From NCBI GenBank assembly GCA_013265495.1, contig MU058418.1, forward strand, positions 1,948,917 to 2,012,916: a stretch of 64,000 bases of DNA, written 5' to 3'. Source of the stretch: Vicugna vicugna (Eukaryota). This document shows positions 11,088-23,259 of the stretch, piece after piece; position 1 is the stretch's first letter; each line of letters begins with the position of its first letter. Position numbers and translations under genes: made by a program. The notes under the pieces are model-generated. The model was not told where the DNA came from. It was given only the letters and a program-made list of their open reading frames with translations, and did no database searches.

Positions 11088-12250
11088 TTTTATTTTTTAT
11101 TTTTATTTATTTATTTAAAGTGAAGTACAATCAGTTACAATGTGTCATTTTCTGGTGTACAGCACAATGTCCCAGTCATGCAGATACATATATATATTTA
11201 TTTTCATAAAAGGTTATTATAAAATATTGAATATAGTTCCTTGTGCTATACAGAAATTTTTTAATGTTTTTATATATAGTGGCTAACATCTGCAAATCTC
11301 AAACTCCCAAATTTATCCCTTCCCACCCTCTTTCCCCCAGTGACCATAAGATTGTTTACTATGTTTGCAAGTCTGTCTGTTTTGTAGATGAGTTCATTAA
11401 TGCCCTCTTAGTGGCCTCTTTTTTTAAAAGATATCACATATGAGTGATTTCATATGGTATTTGTCTCTCTCTCTCTGGTTTACTTCAGTTAGAATGACGA
11501 TCTCTAGGTCCATCTATGTTGGTGCAAATGACATTATTTTATTCTTTTTGAATGGTGGAGTAGTATTCTATTGTATAAACCACAGCTTCTTTATCCAGTC
11601 ACTGTCCATAGACATTTAGGTTGCTTCCATGTCTTGGCTACTGTAAATAGTGATGTGAACATTGGAGTGCATGTATCTTTTCAAATTAGAGTTCCCTCCC
11701 GATATATACCCAGGAGTGGGACTGCTAGATCATATGGTAAGTCTATTTTTAGTTTTTTCAGGAATCTCCATACTGTTTTCCATAACGGCTGCACCAAACG
11801 ACATTCCCACCAGCAGTGTAGGAGGGTTCCCTTTTCTCCACATCCTCCCTAGCATTTGTCATTTGTGGACTTTTTAAGGATGGCCATTGGCCATTCTGAC
11901 TGGTGTGAGGTGATAGCTCATTGTAGTTTTGATTTGCATTTCTCTGGTAATTATTGAGCACTTTTTCATGTGCCTATTGGCCATTTGTATGTCTTCACTG
12001 GAGAATTGCTTGTTTGGGTTTTCTGTCCATTTTTGGACTGGGTTGTTTTTTGGGTATTAAGTTGTATGCACTGTTTATATATTCTGGAAATGAGATTTTT
12101 GTCAGTGGCATCATTTGCAAATATTTTCTCCCATTCCAGAGGTTGTCATTTTGTTTTACTTACGGTTTCCTTTGCTGTGCAAAAGCTTAGAAGTTTAATT
12201 AGGTCCCACTGTTTATTTCTGCTTTTATTTCTATTGCCTGGGTAGACTGC
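11088..12250 (-). mobile_element. 5'-truncated LINE-1 (ORF2 C-terminus and 3'UTR)
   Basis: (TTTA)n tail at the left end; ORF 11758..11961 ([19 protein letters not shown]) resembles the L1 ORF2 C-terminal region. Confidence 0.9.
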
Positions 12251-13360
12251 CCGTGAACTACTGCCCGTGAACTATTCCTTGAGGACTGATTTTCCTGCAG
12301 CTCTGGGCCCTAAGCGTGCTAAGAGCACAGGGGAAGTGGAGCCCCAGGAAGCAAGAGGGCTGCCACCTCCGTGGCTTCCAACCTGTGTTCAAAGCTCACA
12401 TCACAGGAGTGCAGTGAGGAGAGGGGACAATTAAAAAGAATCAGGTTTTGACCAGGCTAATGTGGGTCATGTGACCAATTTTGGACAAATCACTGAAGCT
12501 GGGTAGTGAAATGGCTGGTGGGCTTACACCTAGCTCACGTTATCCCCTACAGCTGAGGGTGGGGTCAGCCTCACTCACTCTTCACAGCACCTATTTTATT
12601 TTAACTTAAGTATAGTTGATTTACAATATCATGGTAGTTTCAGGTGTGCAATATATTGATTCAATATTTTTATAGCTCATACTCCATTTAAAGTTATTAT
12701 AATGCAGCAACTATTTTAAATTTTCCTGGTCTCTTCAGTCCTTCAGTCCTCCTCTTCCATCAAATGGGAACTCCCTCTACTTGTCCCCAGCCTACCTACA
12801 TCTATACTCAGCTGCTACTCCCTCCCTCCTGTTAAAGTGGAAAAGATGCCCCTTTTCTTCTGTGGGACAACCCCTGTGAACAGGATCCATGGGCCCCTGT
12901 CTTTTCAGAGGCCTTGAGCTAATCTTTATCCGCTTCCTCTCTACATACATGTATCTCCCACCTATCCTTCTGACCTTATAACCAACAATGACTTGAGAGG
13001 TATGTGCCATGATCACAAAATCCACCATAAAATAAAACTAACATCTGTCCAGCTGCTTGAGCCAGAAATTTGGGAGCTATTCTTCTTCACCCTGCAAATC
13101 CAGTTAATTGCCAAGTCCTATTAATATATCCTTAAATATTTCTCGGTCCACTTTCACCCACAAGTCCAAGTAACCCATCATCTCTTTCACTTTCTCTTTC
13201 ATGTGACCCTCAGGCTAAAGACTTCATCCAGGTTTTGACATCGTCACTCAAAATTGATGAAGCTGAATCAGATGCCCATTTTAATCTATAAATTTTATGT
13301 ATTGAATCTAGGCCTGTACGTTACAACCAGAGATATAACTTAACCTTTTTCACATTATAG

Positions 13361-13482
13361 GCCTTATATCCCAGACTCACTACTCCCTGCATTCTGCTTC
13401 CACATCATCCAGATACTCCCAGCAACACCTTTTAAAGACTGATCTTATGGGCAATAAAATAAGGACTCAAAGGCCAAAGACT
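13361..13482 (+). CDS. CCDC162: CCDC162 penultimate coding exon, (G)LISQTHYSLHSASTSSRYSQQHLLKTDLMGNKIRTQRPKT
   Basis: Acceptor tttcacattatag| and donor ACT|gtaagt; 122 nt, phase 1-0, complementing the preceding 121-nt exon; no stops. Confidence 0.75.
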
Positions 13483-15254
13483 GTAAGTAATGGTAAATTT
13501 GATTATGTAGTTGGAACAATGAACATTATAAATATGAAATTATAGATTTAGGGTTACTTCAAATTTACATTAAAAAATTATGTATCAGGATCTTATCTCA
13601 GTACTTGGGTCTGGATGACAGAATTCTGGGTTTCACATAAAGGGAACTTGTCCATGAACTCTTGCTGAATCACTGTGTTTATGGGGGAAGGAGGGCCCAG
13701 GGCTTCCTACTGTGCCATCTTGCTGACGCCACTCCTCAGTAACAACATTCTGATGCTGAAACAATTAAGCCCAAAAGCACGTACTCAGTACATCAGTGAG
13801 TGAGTGTGGACATCAGTGCCAGCACCTTGCTGTGCTCTGTTCCTGAATTTCTTCTTGTTTTTCAATCATCAACAGTAATTAACCAGCAGCATCAGAGCCT
13901 TTACTTGAGTTCCTTGGCAGAGCAGAAATAGTTTCAAAAGTCATTTTAAAACAAGTGAGAAATCTACCCTCCAAAGAAAATTCCTGGAATGCAGGTTAGG
14001 TTGAAGCATAGCACGTATCTGAAGAATTTTCTTTTAATATTTCAGCTTTGAGTTTACGTAAAACACCATTTACACCCTCTTTCATTGCCTTCTCTGTACT
14101 ATTTTAATGAGTATTATACTCTTTGCTTCATTGTTTTCTAGAATCTTCTCCAGATTTATATATCTAATCATACATTTAAGAATTTCTTCCCTCTTACCAT
14201 GAGAAAAATTAGGGGGGAAAATTATTCATTGTCAGAGAAAATATGCCATCCTTAAGCCTCTTTTGAAGGTGTAATTCTGAAGCTGATGGTTTAGTTATTG
14301 GACCAAAAGTTTGTTGTAGGATTTCTAAATATACAGTTAAGGGACCACACACAGAAAGGGAAGAAGCAAGTCAGGAACTTACCCAACTGAGATCCTTGAC
14401 CACATAGGACTGCATTATTAATGCCCACCATTTGCTTGACCCATCAATCTGTCAGTCATCTTTCATCAGAAGGTGAAATTCTAGTATGTGTCGTTTCTAC
14501 AAAAGCTCTTAGCAATGTTCAGTTGATCTGTATGGAACCACAAGGGCTTTTAAGATTCACTCCACCCCCATTTAACTCCCCAAACCAAATGTTCCTACTG
14601 TGCAGCAGATTGGTGATCAAAACTCATAGCTGAGAAGGCTGCTTTAAGTACATTAGTGGAGATTCACTAGGTTTCAAAGATTTAGAAGGGTAATGGTCTA
14701 AGGCTAACTGTTGGCTATATTGCCTTACTAAATAAATAAGCCCTAATAAATAAGGAAGTGTCTTGAGGGCCCACTGGCTTGTGTACAGTATAGAGACCCC
14801 AAGCAAAAAGCCTGAGGTCCAGGAAAAGCACAAAATTAGTTGGGTCCTCTTCAAATCTAAGGTCTCACTTCTTAAGCAAGGCCTATGAGGTAAGTCAGAT
14901 AAATACAGATTAAGAAGAATTTATACATGGCTGGAATATAAGACCACCAATGATCTTCTTTTAAAAAGTAGCACTGCACTAACACAAATGATAAAATGTT
15001 AAAGAATTTTTAGATTACTCCAAATACAAGCTATCTGTCCTTTCTTAGCTGGAAATGGCTTTCCATTGATGGATTCAATCCTGACCAGTTCCCTCTATAG
15101 TAAGAGGCAAAATATGTACAGGAAGGCACACTAAAAGGCCCAACCTAGACAATGATCTTGGTCTTGTAACAGTGACTTGTAGTGATGCTATAATTAAGAA
15201 TTATTCACCATCTTTTGTAAAGACTCCAATATCTACTTAATATTTATATTGCAG

Positions 15255-15386
15255 GTACCTGCACCTGTTAAACACAAAAAAAGAAATGACCGTGTCTTCC
15301 TACCCAATGTGGCAAAAAATGTCCAACTTTCAGCTTTTCAAGTCAAAACAGATCCATCCAGAATCCCATTCAGGACTGATTGGTAA
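15255..15386 (+). CDS. CCDC162: CCDC162 terminal coding exon, VPAPVKHKKRNDRVFLPNVAKNVQLSAFQVKTDPSRIPFRTDW*
   Basis: Acceptor tattgcag|, open frame to TAA at 15384-15386, AATAAA about 45 nt downstream. Confidence 0.72.
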   Translation, partial: VPAPVKHKKRNDRVFLPNVAKNVQLSAFQVKTDPSRIPFRTDW

Positions 15387-15430
15387 CATATATCCTTTTT
15401 CCAAGTTTTATTTCTATGAGCATTTGAATG

Positions 15431-15436
15431 AATAAA
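15431..15436 (+). terminator. Putative CCDC162 polyadenylation signal
   Basis: AATAAA just after the terminal stop codon. Confidence 0.6.
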
Positions 15437-16166
15437 AATGATTCTAAACTCCCTTAAGCCTTTTATCTAATTTTTTACTATCAGTACTGTGAAGATAGTA
15501 TGGAAAGACTGAGATGATTACATCTGAATGTCCCAGGTAAAATAGGGTTTGGCCCTGAATTTTAAACACTGAGAGTTGATTTGCATTTCTACAACCTGAG
15601 CCTTGCCTCTGGTCAACCAGCAGCCTCTTAATACAAATGGTTACCTTGGGTTACTGATTAGGTGGGACAGCCAGGAGAGAAGGCATTGCTGCCTGACAGT
15701 ATTTACCAGCAAGTGGAAAACCAGAACACACACTGATCCAGGTAAATTTCAAAGCACTTAAGAACATCATTCTCTCTTAACAGTCTAATTTTATTCTTCC
15801 TACAAATGGCAAAACCCTCTTCAGACTTGTAAAGTCCGAATACGAGTCTTTTTGTTCAGACAAAAAAGTTTATCTTGGGTAAAGGAATAAATAGATGAAT
15901 GGAACAGAATAGATCAGAGAAACATATATAATACATAAATTTACATATGATATATGTAGCTTTTTAAATTAAAAAGGCTGAGTCTATTTAAAGTAGATTA
16001 AATCATTACCTTACACTATACACAATGAATGCTGAATGGATTAAGTTCAAAATGCATACACACTTGCAAAGACATACAAACTCATTTCTGAAATAGAACA
16101 TAAAAGCAAAAACCAAGATGATTGGCGACTCTGGTACCATAACTAAAAATTCGGCATGACCAGGTA

Positions 16167-19100
16167 TGATACCACTTAACAATTTATGACCTCTCACCTC
16201 CAAATTCATCCTTCATTTTCTGCTGTGAAATAATGAACCTGGACCCTGTAAATATTTTCTTCTTTGCCAAATGGCAAGATGTTAAGCTTTGTCAGTGATG
16301 ACCACAGACACTATGGTGTCGGATGCAGTTTTCTGAATGCACTTCAGCACTTAGGAAAGAAAATGACAAGCTCGGGTCCTTTATTCTTAGCTCAAATTAT
16401 GGTCTGAGTACCAGAGAGCTTCCACAATAGCCTTTAAAAAATCTCTTATTTCTTGTAGTCAGGGAGATAATATTGCTAAAACTCAAGGACAAATTTTAAG
16501 GGGCAGAATGCTAAATTCACAATCTTGTTTCTCACTGCTGTTGAGATGGGCTCTCATTTCAATGAGGATGCAATTCCACAGTAGCAGAAGCCAAACACCA
16601 AAGACAAAGTGGGGTATCTATTACAAAGGGCAGCAGGGACACACAAGTAGTCAGGACGCCTTGGCACACAAAGATTTTTGGTGGTCATGAGTCCCCACAA
16701 ATGAAATGGGCAGCTAACAAGGATACTGCTTGATCTATATAGGAAAAACTCTGGTAGCCAAAACCTGACTTGAGACAGCACAATGGAGAGTCACAGCCTC
16801 TCACCCTGATTCCAGACCTACATCAATTCACAGGTCAGGGCCCTTTAACTACAGGGGAGGTTAGATTCCCCACCTTACACCATGGCTGTATGCACGTATC
16901 TTAAGTCTCCCTACAAACATTGTCCTAAGGATCTATAATTATTTGCTACAGTGACTAGTCTTCAGAGGGAAAAAATAGTATCTAGCCTATTTGGTGTTTA
17001 CTAGGAACTACCTCTAAATTAACTCTAATTCCTGGGGACCCAAAACACCAGTATGGCTCATCAAAATGAAGGCTTACAAGGTGAGGTGATAGGAGTCGTC
17101 TTAGCTCAGGTCCAAAATACAGTAGACCCAGTTGGTCCAGTGTGGTTATTTCCCTACTTCCTGAATGTGTAACTGGAATAGCCATATTTCCGTTTCCAAT
17201 TATTGGTCCTCTGACCCAATAGTTGAAGGCTCATTATTGTAGGGAGGGATAATTAAAAGCCCCTGGAACTTCCCCTTTCTATAAAGAAAGTAAACTAGAA
17301 GCAGCATTACACTGCAGAAATGGCAGATTAATTGCCACCATCAAAGACTTGAAAGAAGTGAAGGTGGTGATACCTGTCACAACACCACTTAACACACCAC
17401 TTTGGCCTACGTAGGAAACAGATGGATCTTGGAAAATGACTAGGCACTATCAGGTCCACCCCTTCACCAGTTAATGATTCCAATCACAGCTGCTACCCCA
17501 GATACAGTGTCTTTACTGGGGTAAATGGATATGTCCTTGGCACTTGCTATGCTGTTATAAGGCCTTTTGCTCCATGCCAAATTGCAAAGACCACAAGAAG
17601 CAGTTTGCTTTTACCTGGCAGGACCACAGAACACCCTCAAGGCTTTGTCAATTCTGCTTTCTGCCAGGATTGAGTCGAGAGAGACCGTGATCATGATATT
17701 CCACAAAACATCACACTGCTCCACTACACTGACAACAGCATGCTGATTGGATATGATGAGCTGCAAGTATCAAGTACTTAGGTAAAACATTAAAAACTAG
17801 AGGGTGAAAGGTAAGTCCTCCAACACATAACAAAGTTTCAGTGATGAACCCAAGATGAAAGACATATTACTTCATCTCACAAGATGCTACCACAGAAAAA
17901 GAGGCATGATGCTCAGGCCTTTTTGGATTTTGAAGGCAACATATACTGCATTTGAGAATGCTTCTAGACAGTCATCCGTAAGATTACCAATTTTGAGCAG
18001 GTAACCTCTAAAGGCGGCCCTGTTGTGAATCTGAGTTACACTATAAGCTGCTCTATCATTTTGGTCCTATGATCCAGCAGAGCCAATGACACTAAATGTC
18101 CAGGCATATAGGGACATTGTATGGAACTTCTGTCAAGCACCAGGAGAATCACAGAGCAGACTCCTAGGATTTTGGAACAAATCTATGCCTTCTTCTGATG
18201 GTAACTACTCTTTTGGACCTTGGTAGAGACTGAATGACTAATCATGGGATAGAAGGTGGTCATGTAGCCTGAGCTTCCCATCGTAATTTGGGTGTTGCAG
18301 GACCCACTTAGTCATAAACTTGGTTGGGCATGCACAGCAGGAATCTACCACCAATGGAAATGGTATACAACAGACTTAGCTTGCTTGAGCTTGTCTGCAA
18401 GGTACAAATACCTTCCCTGAACACATGGCTCAAACTTTTTTTAAGACCAACTTCCGCTGCCTTTTCTCTCTCAAATCTGTACCTCTCACCTGAGGTGTTT
18501 CTAAACCTAGCTGGCCAAGAAAGGGGGGGGGGATCAAGCCTGGGTTATAGATAGGTCTGCGTATGTTGGTTCCACCCAAGAGTGGACATCTGTACCACTC
18601 ACTGGTAGACCTGAAAGACCATGGTGAAAAAATCCTCCCTGTGAGCAGAACTTTGAGAGTACATTTGGTTGTCCACTATGTCTTACCTGAGAGATGGCCA
18701 AAAGTACAGCTATATACTCCCTCCTGGGCAGCTGTGGATGGTTTTGCTGGATAGTCAGGGACTTGGGACAAAACAGGATTGAAAGTTTGGTGACAAAGAA
18801 GTCTGGCTGGGCAAGCACTGTGAAGATATTCATGTCCCATGTCAATACCCATCAAAAAATCACCCACAGCAGAGAAAGCTTTTATTAATCCATAGGACAA
18901 AATAATGCACTCTGGGTGTTAGTCAGCTTCACTCCCCAGCTACCCCAGGGCTTGCTCAAAGGATCCATGAACAACACAGCCTTGGTGGCAGAGACAGAGG
19001 CTTTGAATGGGCCCAAAAATACGGACTTCCCCTTACTAAGGCTAGTATGCACTACTGGCAAGTGCCTCATCTGTCAAAAGTCGAGACCAATACTGAGGCT

Positions 19101-20612
19101 GCAAGATGGCACCAATTCCAGGGGTAACAGCCATCCACCTGGTGGCAGTCTGATTACACCGGACCTCTTCCATCATAGATGGGGCAGAGATTCAACTTCA
19201 CTAGAACAGACATTCTGAATATGGATTGCCTTACTGTCTGTAATGCTTCTGCCAGCACTACCACCTGATCCCTGTATTCACAGAATGCCTTATCCACCAT
19301 TATGGCATTTCCTATGCCGTTTCTTCTAACCAACAAATCAATTTCACAAAAAAGGAAATGCTTCGGTGAATGCATGCTTGTGAAATTAACATACTCCAAC
19401 ACCCAGAAATAGCTGGTCTAACTGAAAAGTGGAACAGTTCACCAAATATTGTTACAACAACAGTTCAGAGCTACCAACCTGAAAGGATGGAATTCTGTCT
19501 TAGAAGTGGCATATGGTTTGAGATAAATATATGGGTCCAAGATCAGGGGGTATAAGTGGGAGTGTCTCCTCTCACGATTATACTTCTCATCCCAGCAACC
19601 TCGAACTGTGCTGGTTTAAAGGTCTTAGTTTCCAAGGGATGCTTCAACCAGGAACACAACAGGTCTACTGACCTAGGTGAGACTGCCACTTGGGCACCTT
19701 GGGATTCTTTTGCCACTACACCAATTGGCAGCAAAAAGGTGTTACTCCACCACCTGGATCAATCAATCCTGATTACCAAGGGGAGACTGTATTGCTGGTA
19801 CATAATGGAGGCAAGAACTGCATCTGGAACACAGGAGTCTCTGGGTGCCTGAGAATTCTGTACCCAATAAAAAAAGGTTAATGAAAAACTACAGTGACCA
19901 AACTACACAGGACAACTGGAAGATTCAGACCCCTCAGTAATGAACACTTGTGTCACTCTGCGGGATTAAAAACCCTGACCCACTGAGGTTCTGACCAAAG
20001 GCAAAAGAAATACTGAGAATATAGAGGAAGGTCATAAATTTAGAAACAAGGGCTATGAACTTACCCTCTTGTTGCCTGCTCCGTCCATTACCATGGTGAA
20101 AATGGAGCTGGACCATATGAATACTTCTTTGCTAGGTGGCATGCCATTTTGTCAGTACAAAGTACTGCAGAGATTTCTCTTCCTGGTTCCAGGCAGACTC
20201 CCACAGTGCCCAGCTCTAACAGTGCACACAGCACAGCAGTGGAGTGTTACCTTACTCTGCACCCCCTTGTTGGATGACTTCAGATTGCCACTGGTGTAAC
20301 ATCTCCTCAAGGACAGCTTTCCTGGCACACCTCGGATGGAATTAATACTACCATAGACTTCATCTCAAGAGCCACAATTGTATCCTCTCTAATGATTTCT
20401 GGAATTCAGCCTGAGGGAGCACATGTAGTGGCCATTTCCTAGACTGACCATTTCTACAATTTTTAGAGTTATCTCCACTGCTTAGTAGATTTTTATTTTT
20501 TAAAATATTACATATATGCCCCATCACTTCAATCTATTCTCCTATAGTGAATACTTTTTTACATCAAACTTTTACTGCTCGTATTACATAGCTTCTGTCT
20601 CCTGCTGATACA
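16167..20612 (+). mobile_element. Degenerate ERV-L provirus: truncated 5' LTR, gag/pro/pol/dUTPase remnants, 3' LTR
   Basis: RT remnants ATIKDLKE..VVIP (about 17335), TDGSWKMT and PQNITLLHYTDNSMLIG (17701-17751); RNase H VKIFMSHVNTHQK; integrase WQSDYTGPLP and HPEIAGLTEKWN; dUTPase INPDYQGETVLLVHNGG after integrase. Similar LTR33-like segments at about 16180-16300 and 20060-20612. Many stops and frameshifts. Confidence 0.85.
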
Positions 20613-21379
20613 GGCACTGTAATCAAAGACTTGAAGATAGCAGTGACTGAACAAAGTCTACTGACTATGGCTTAGCATCCAGCATATTTTAAGATTAAAA
20701 AACCCACAAAATAAGAAAACAGAAAAACAGGAAATTCACAGAGGAAGTACAAATTAATGATATCAACCAAATAAATCATTCTACTCACCAGAATATTTAA
20801 ATTTAACTTTTCCAGTATCAGATGGTAAAGACACAGAAAACACTCTGATAACTGATGGTGGAAACTGGAAGGAAATCTCAGTGTTAAAACTTTCAAAGTG
20901 GAACCCCTTTGACAGAGCTGTCCACTTCTCCTTGTTTACTCTAGAGAAATATTCACAAACAGGTAGCAGGTACAAAGATATTCCCCACAAAACTGTCAGT
21001 ATAAACTACAGATTGCAAACCTAATCATCCTTCAACAGGTAGATACTTATGATATTCACACTACATATACCAACAGAGAACTTAAGAATCTGGTATAGCT
21101 AATGAGTGAAAAAAAGTTGCAGGATAATGTTAAAATAAAAATCCACGTCATATATTTTCTAAAGCTACACTTAGTTATGTGTATATAAATTGTTGACAGG
21201 AAGTGCTTAACACCAAACCAGTTCTAGTTATTACCTCTGGAAAGTGGGGGAGGGCGAGGAAGGGGAAAGGGCTAAGGATGGCCAATGCAGACTTTATCTT
21301 TAATAGTTTCAAAAAAAAATCAAGGATATATACTTATCTATTACTTAAATAATTAAAAATTAAGACTTTAAAATCCCTA

Positions 21380-22620
21380 TCTGGCGAAGATGAAATAAGA
21401 GACTGGATATACCGAGACAAATGAAAAACTGGACAAAACACATTAAACAGTGGTTTTCAATACACTGGACTTTAAGCAAAGAAGGACAATGATCCCTGAA
21501 AGATAGGCAACTATTGACCCAGCTTACTGCCTTGAATTTCTAAGCCATGATGCAGGAAGGGGACACCCAGGCAGAGCTCAGCAGAGCTCCTGGGTTGAGA
21601 TACGGAGCTTCAAGTTAAGGGAAAGCCTAATAATCCAGGGGGCACTGGGTACTCAGGACTGGGGAGCAATGAGCCCTAGAACAAATGATGCTCTGCTCTC
21701 ACCTAACAAAGCCTAAAAGGAAGACCTGAAAGGATCCAACTGTTTAAGAAACTTAACTACATCCCAACACAAAAACAACCAGCACCTAACATGTTTAAAT
21801 TTACCTCTGGCATGCAATAAAAAATTACCAAGCATCCAAAGAAATAGGAAAATATGATCTACAATGAGTAAAAACATCAATCAAAAGAAACTGATCCACG
21901 TTAAAAGTTGTTACACTGTATGTTCAAAAACTAGGACACACTGGGTAAGATTAACAGATTAGATGTAGCAGAAGGTAATATTAGAGAACTTGAAGATGGT
22001 AATAACAATATGAAACAGAAAAATATTTTTTTAAAAAACATAAACACTGCATGGGTGAGTTGTGAGTTACCTTCTAGCAGTCTCTGTGTAATTAGAGTAC
22101 CCTACAGAGAGAATGGAGAGGGCAGAAAACGGTATTTAAAGAAATAATGGTTGAAAAATTACCAAATTTGATGAAAAACCACAGATCCGAGAAACTCAAC
22201 AAACCTCAAGAAACAACAGCGCAGCATACTACAATCAAAATACTCAAAATAAGTGGTAAGAAGGAAAATCTTAAGCAACAGATGAAAAAAAAAAAGACAT
22301 GTATTGAAGAACAAAAGATAAAGATGACAGATTTCTTATAGGACATGACACACCGAAGACAGTGGACGAACATCGTAAAAGCAATGAAAGTAAAAATGTC
22401 AACCTAGAATTCTATATCCAATGAAAACATTTTTCAGAAATGAAGGCAGACACACAAAAACTGGAAGAATTCATCAATAAAGCTCTACTATCAAAATCAG
22501 AAATGTTCAAGGTTAAAGAACATCCTTTAGGCAGAAGGTAAATACCAGCAGCAATAGGTATCTACACAAATTAAGAGAGCGCACAAGGATGGTAGCTACA
22601 TGGGGAAACACAAAGGACTT
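21380..22620 (+). mobile_element. Old LINE-1 5' region with ORF1 remnant
   Basis: ORF 22147..22341 MVEKLPNLMK...TTIKILK resembles L1 ORF1p; caacctagaattctatatcca (QPRILYP) at about 22400. Confidence 0.75.
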
Positions 22621-23259
22621 TTTATACTCATCTAAAAAAAACCACTATGAATGCCATTCTTAACAAAATAACAATTCATCTCTAGCAAAGTTTCAGGAAG
22701 TCTTCAGTCTACTCTTCTAGGCTTTAAGGCTTACAGGGAAGTATTTATTCTCTCTCCTTAATCCAAGTTCTGTGATGTAATATAGAATATAATTTTGCCC
22801 AAAACATGGGCCTACAGAACCAGATTTCACATACCAACATGTGGCTTGGCACTAGATATTTATACCAAGGACTCTGAACAGAAGCCCAATTTTACTTTAC
22901 TTACAATCTGAACTAAAAAGGCAGAATTACAAACAAGCTTTCAGGTATCTAACAACAATTGGTATTCTCATAAACTCTTCACTTGGTAAACCAGTAGATG
23001 ATTTCTATTGATTTTAGAAAGATCAACATGCATGTCACTCCCACAGGCATACCAAGCGGTCCCTCTAACTATCACTTCTAAGGCTGTTCTCCACTGATGA
23101 ATACGTACCTTAGTTACTATCTGCTGATCTTGATGAGAAACTGAAAACTGAGTGGACAACCAATCCCCAAACAGATGAGTAAGATAAATTCACTGGCATT
23201 AAATTTCATAATCAAAATGCAAAAACACACTTTAGTTAATAAAAAAAGAGCAGATTAAT

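Noticed and set aside
16167..20612. A functional or domesticated retroviral gene within the ERV-L
   Set aside because: No ORF much above 100 aa, the RT catalytic motif is mutated, and frameshifts are frequent.
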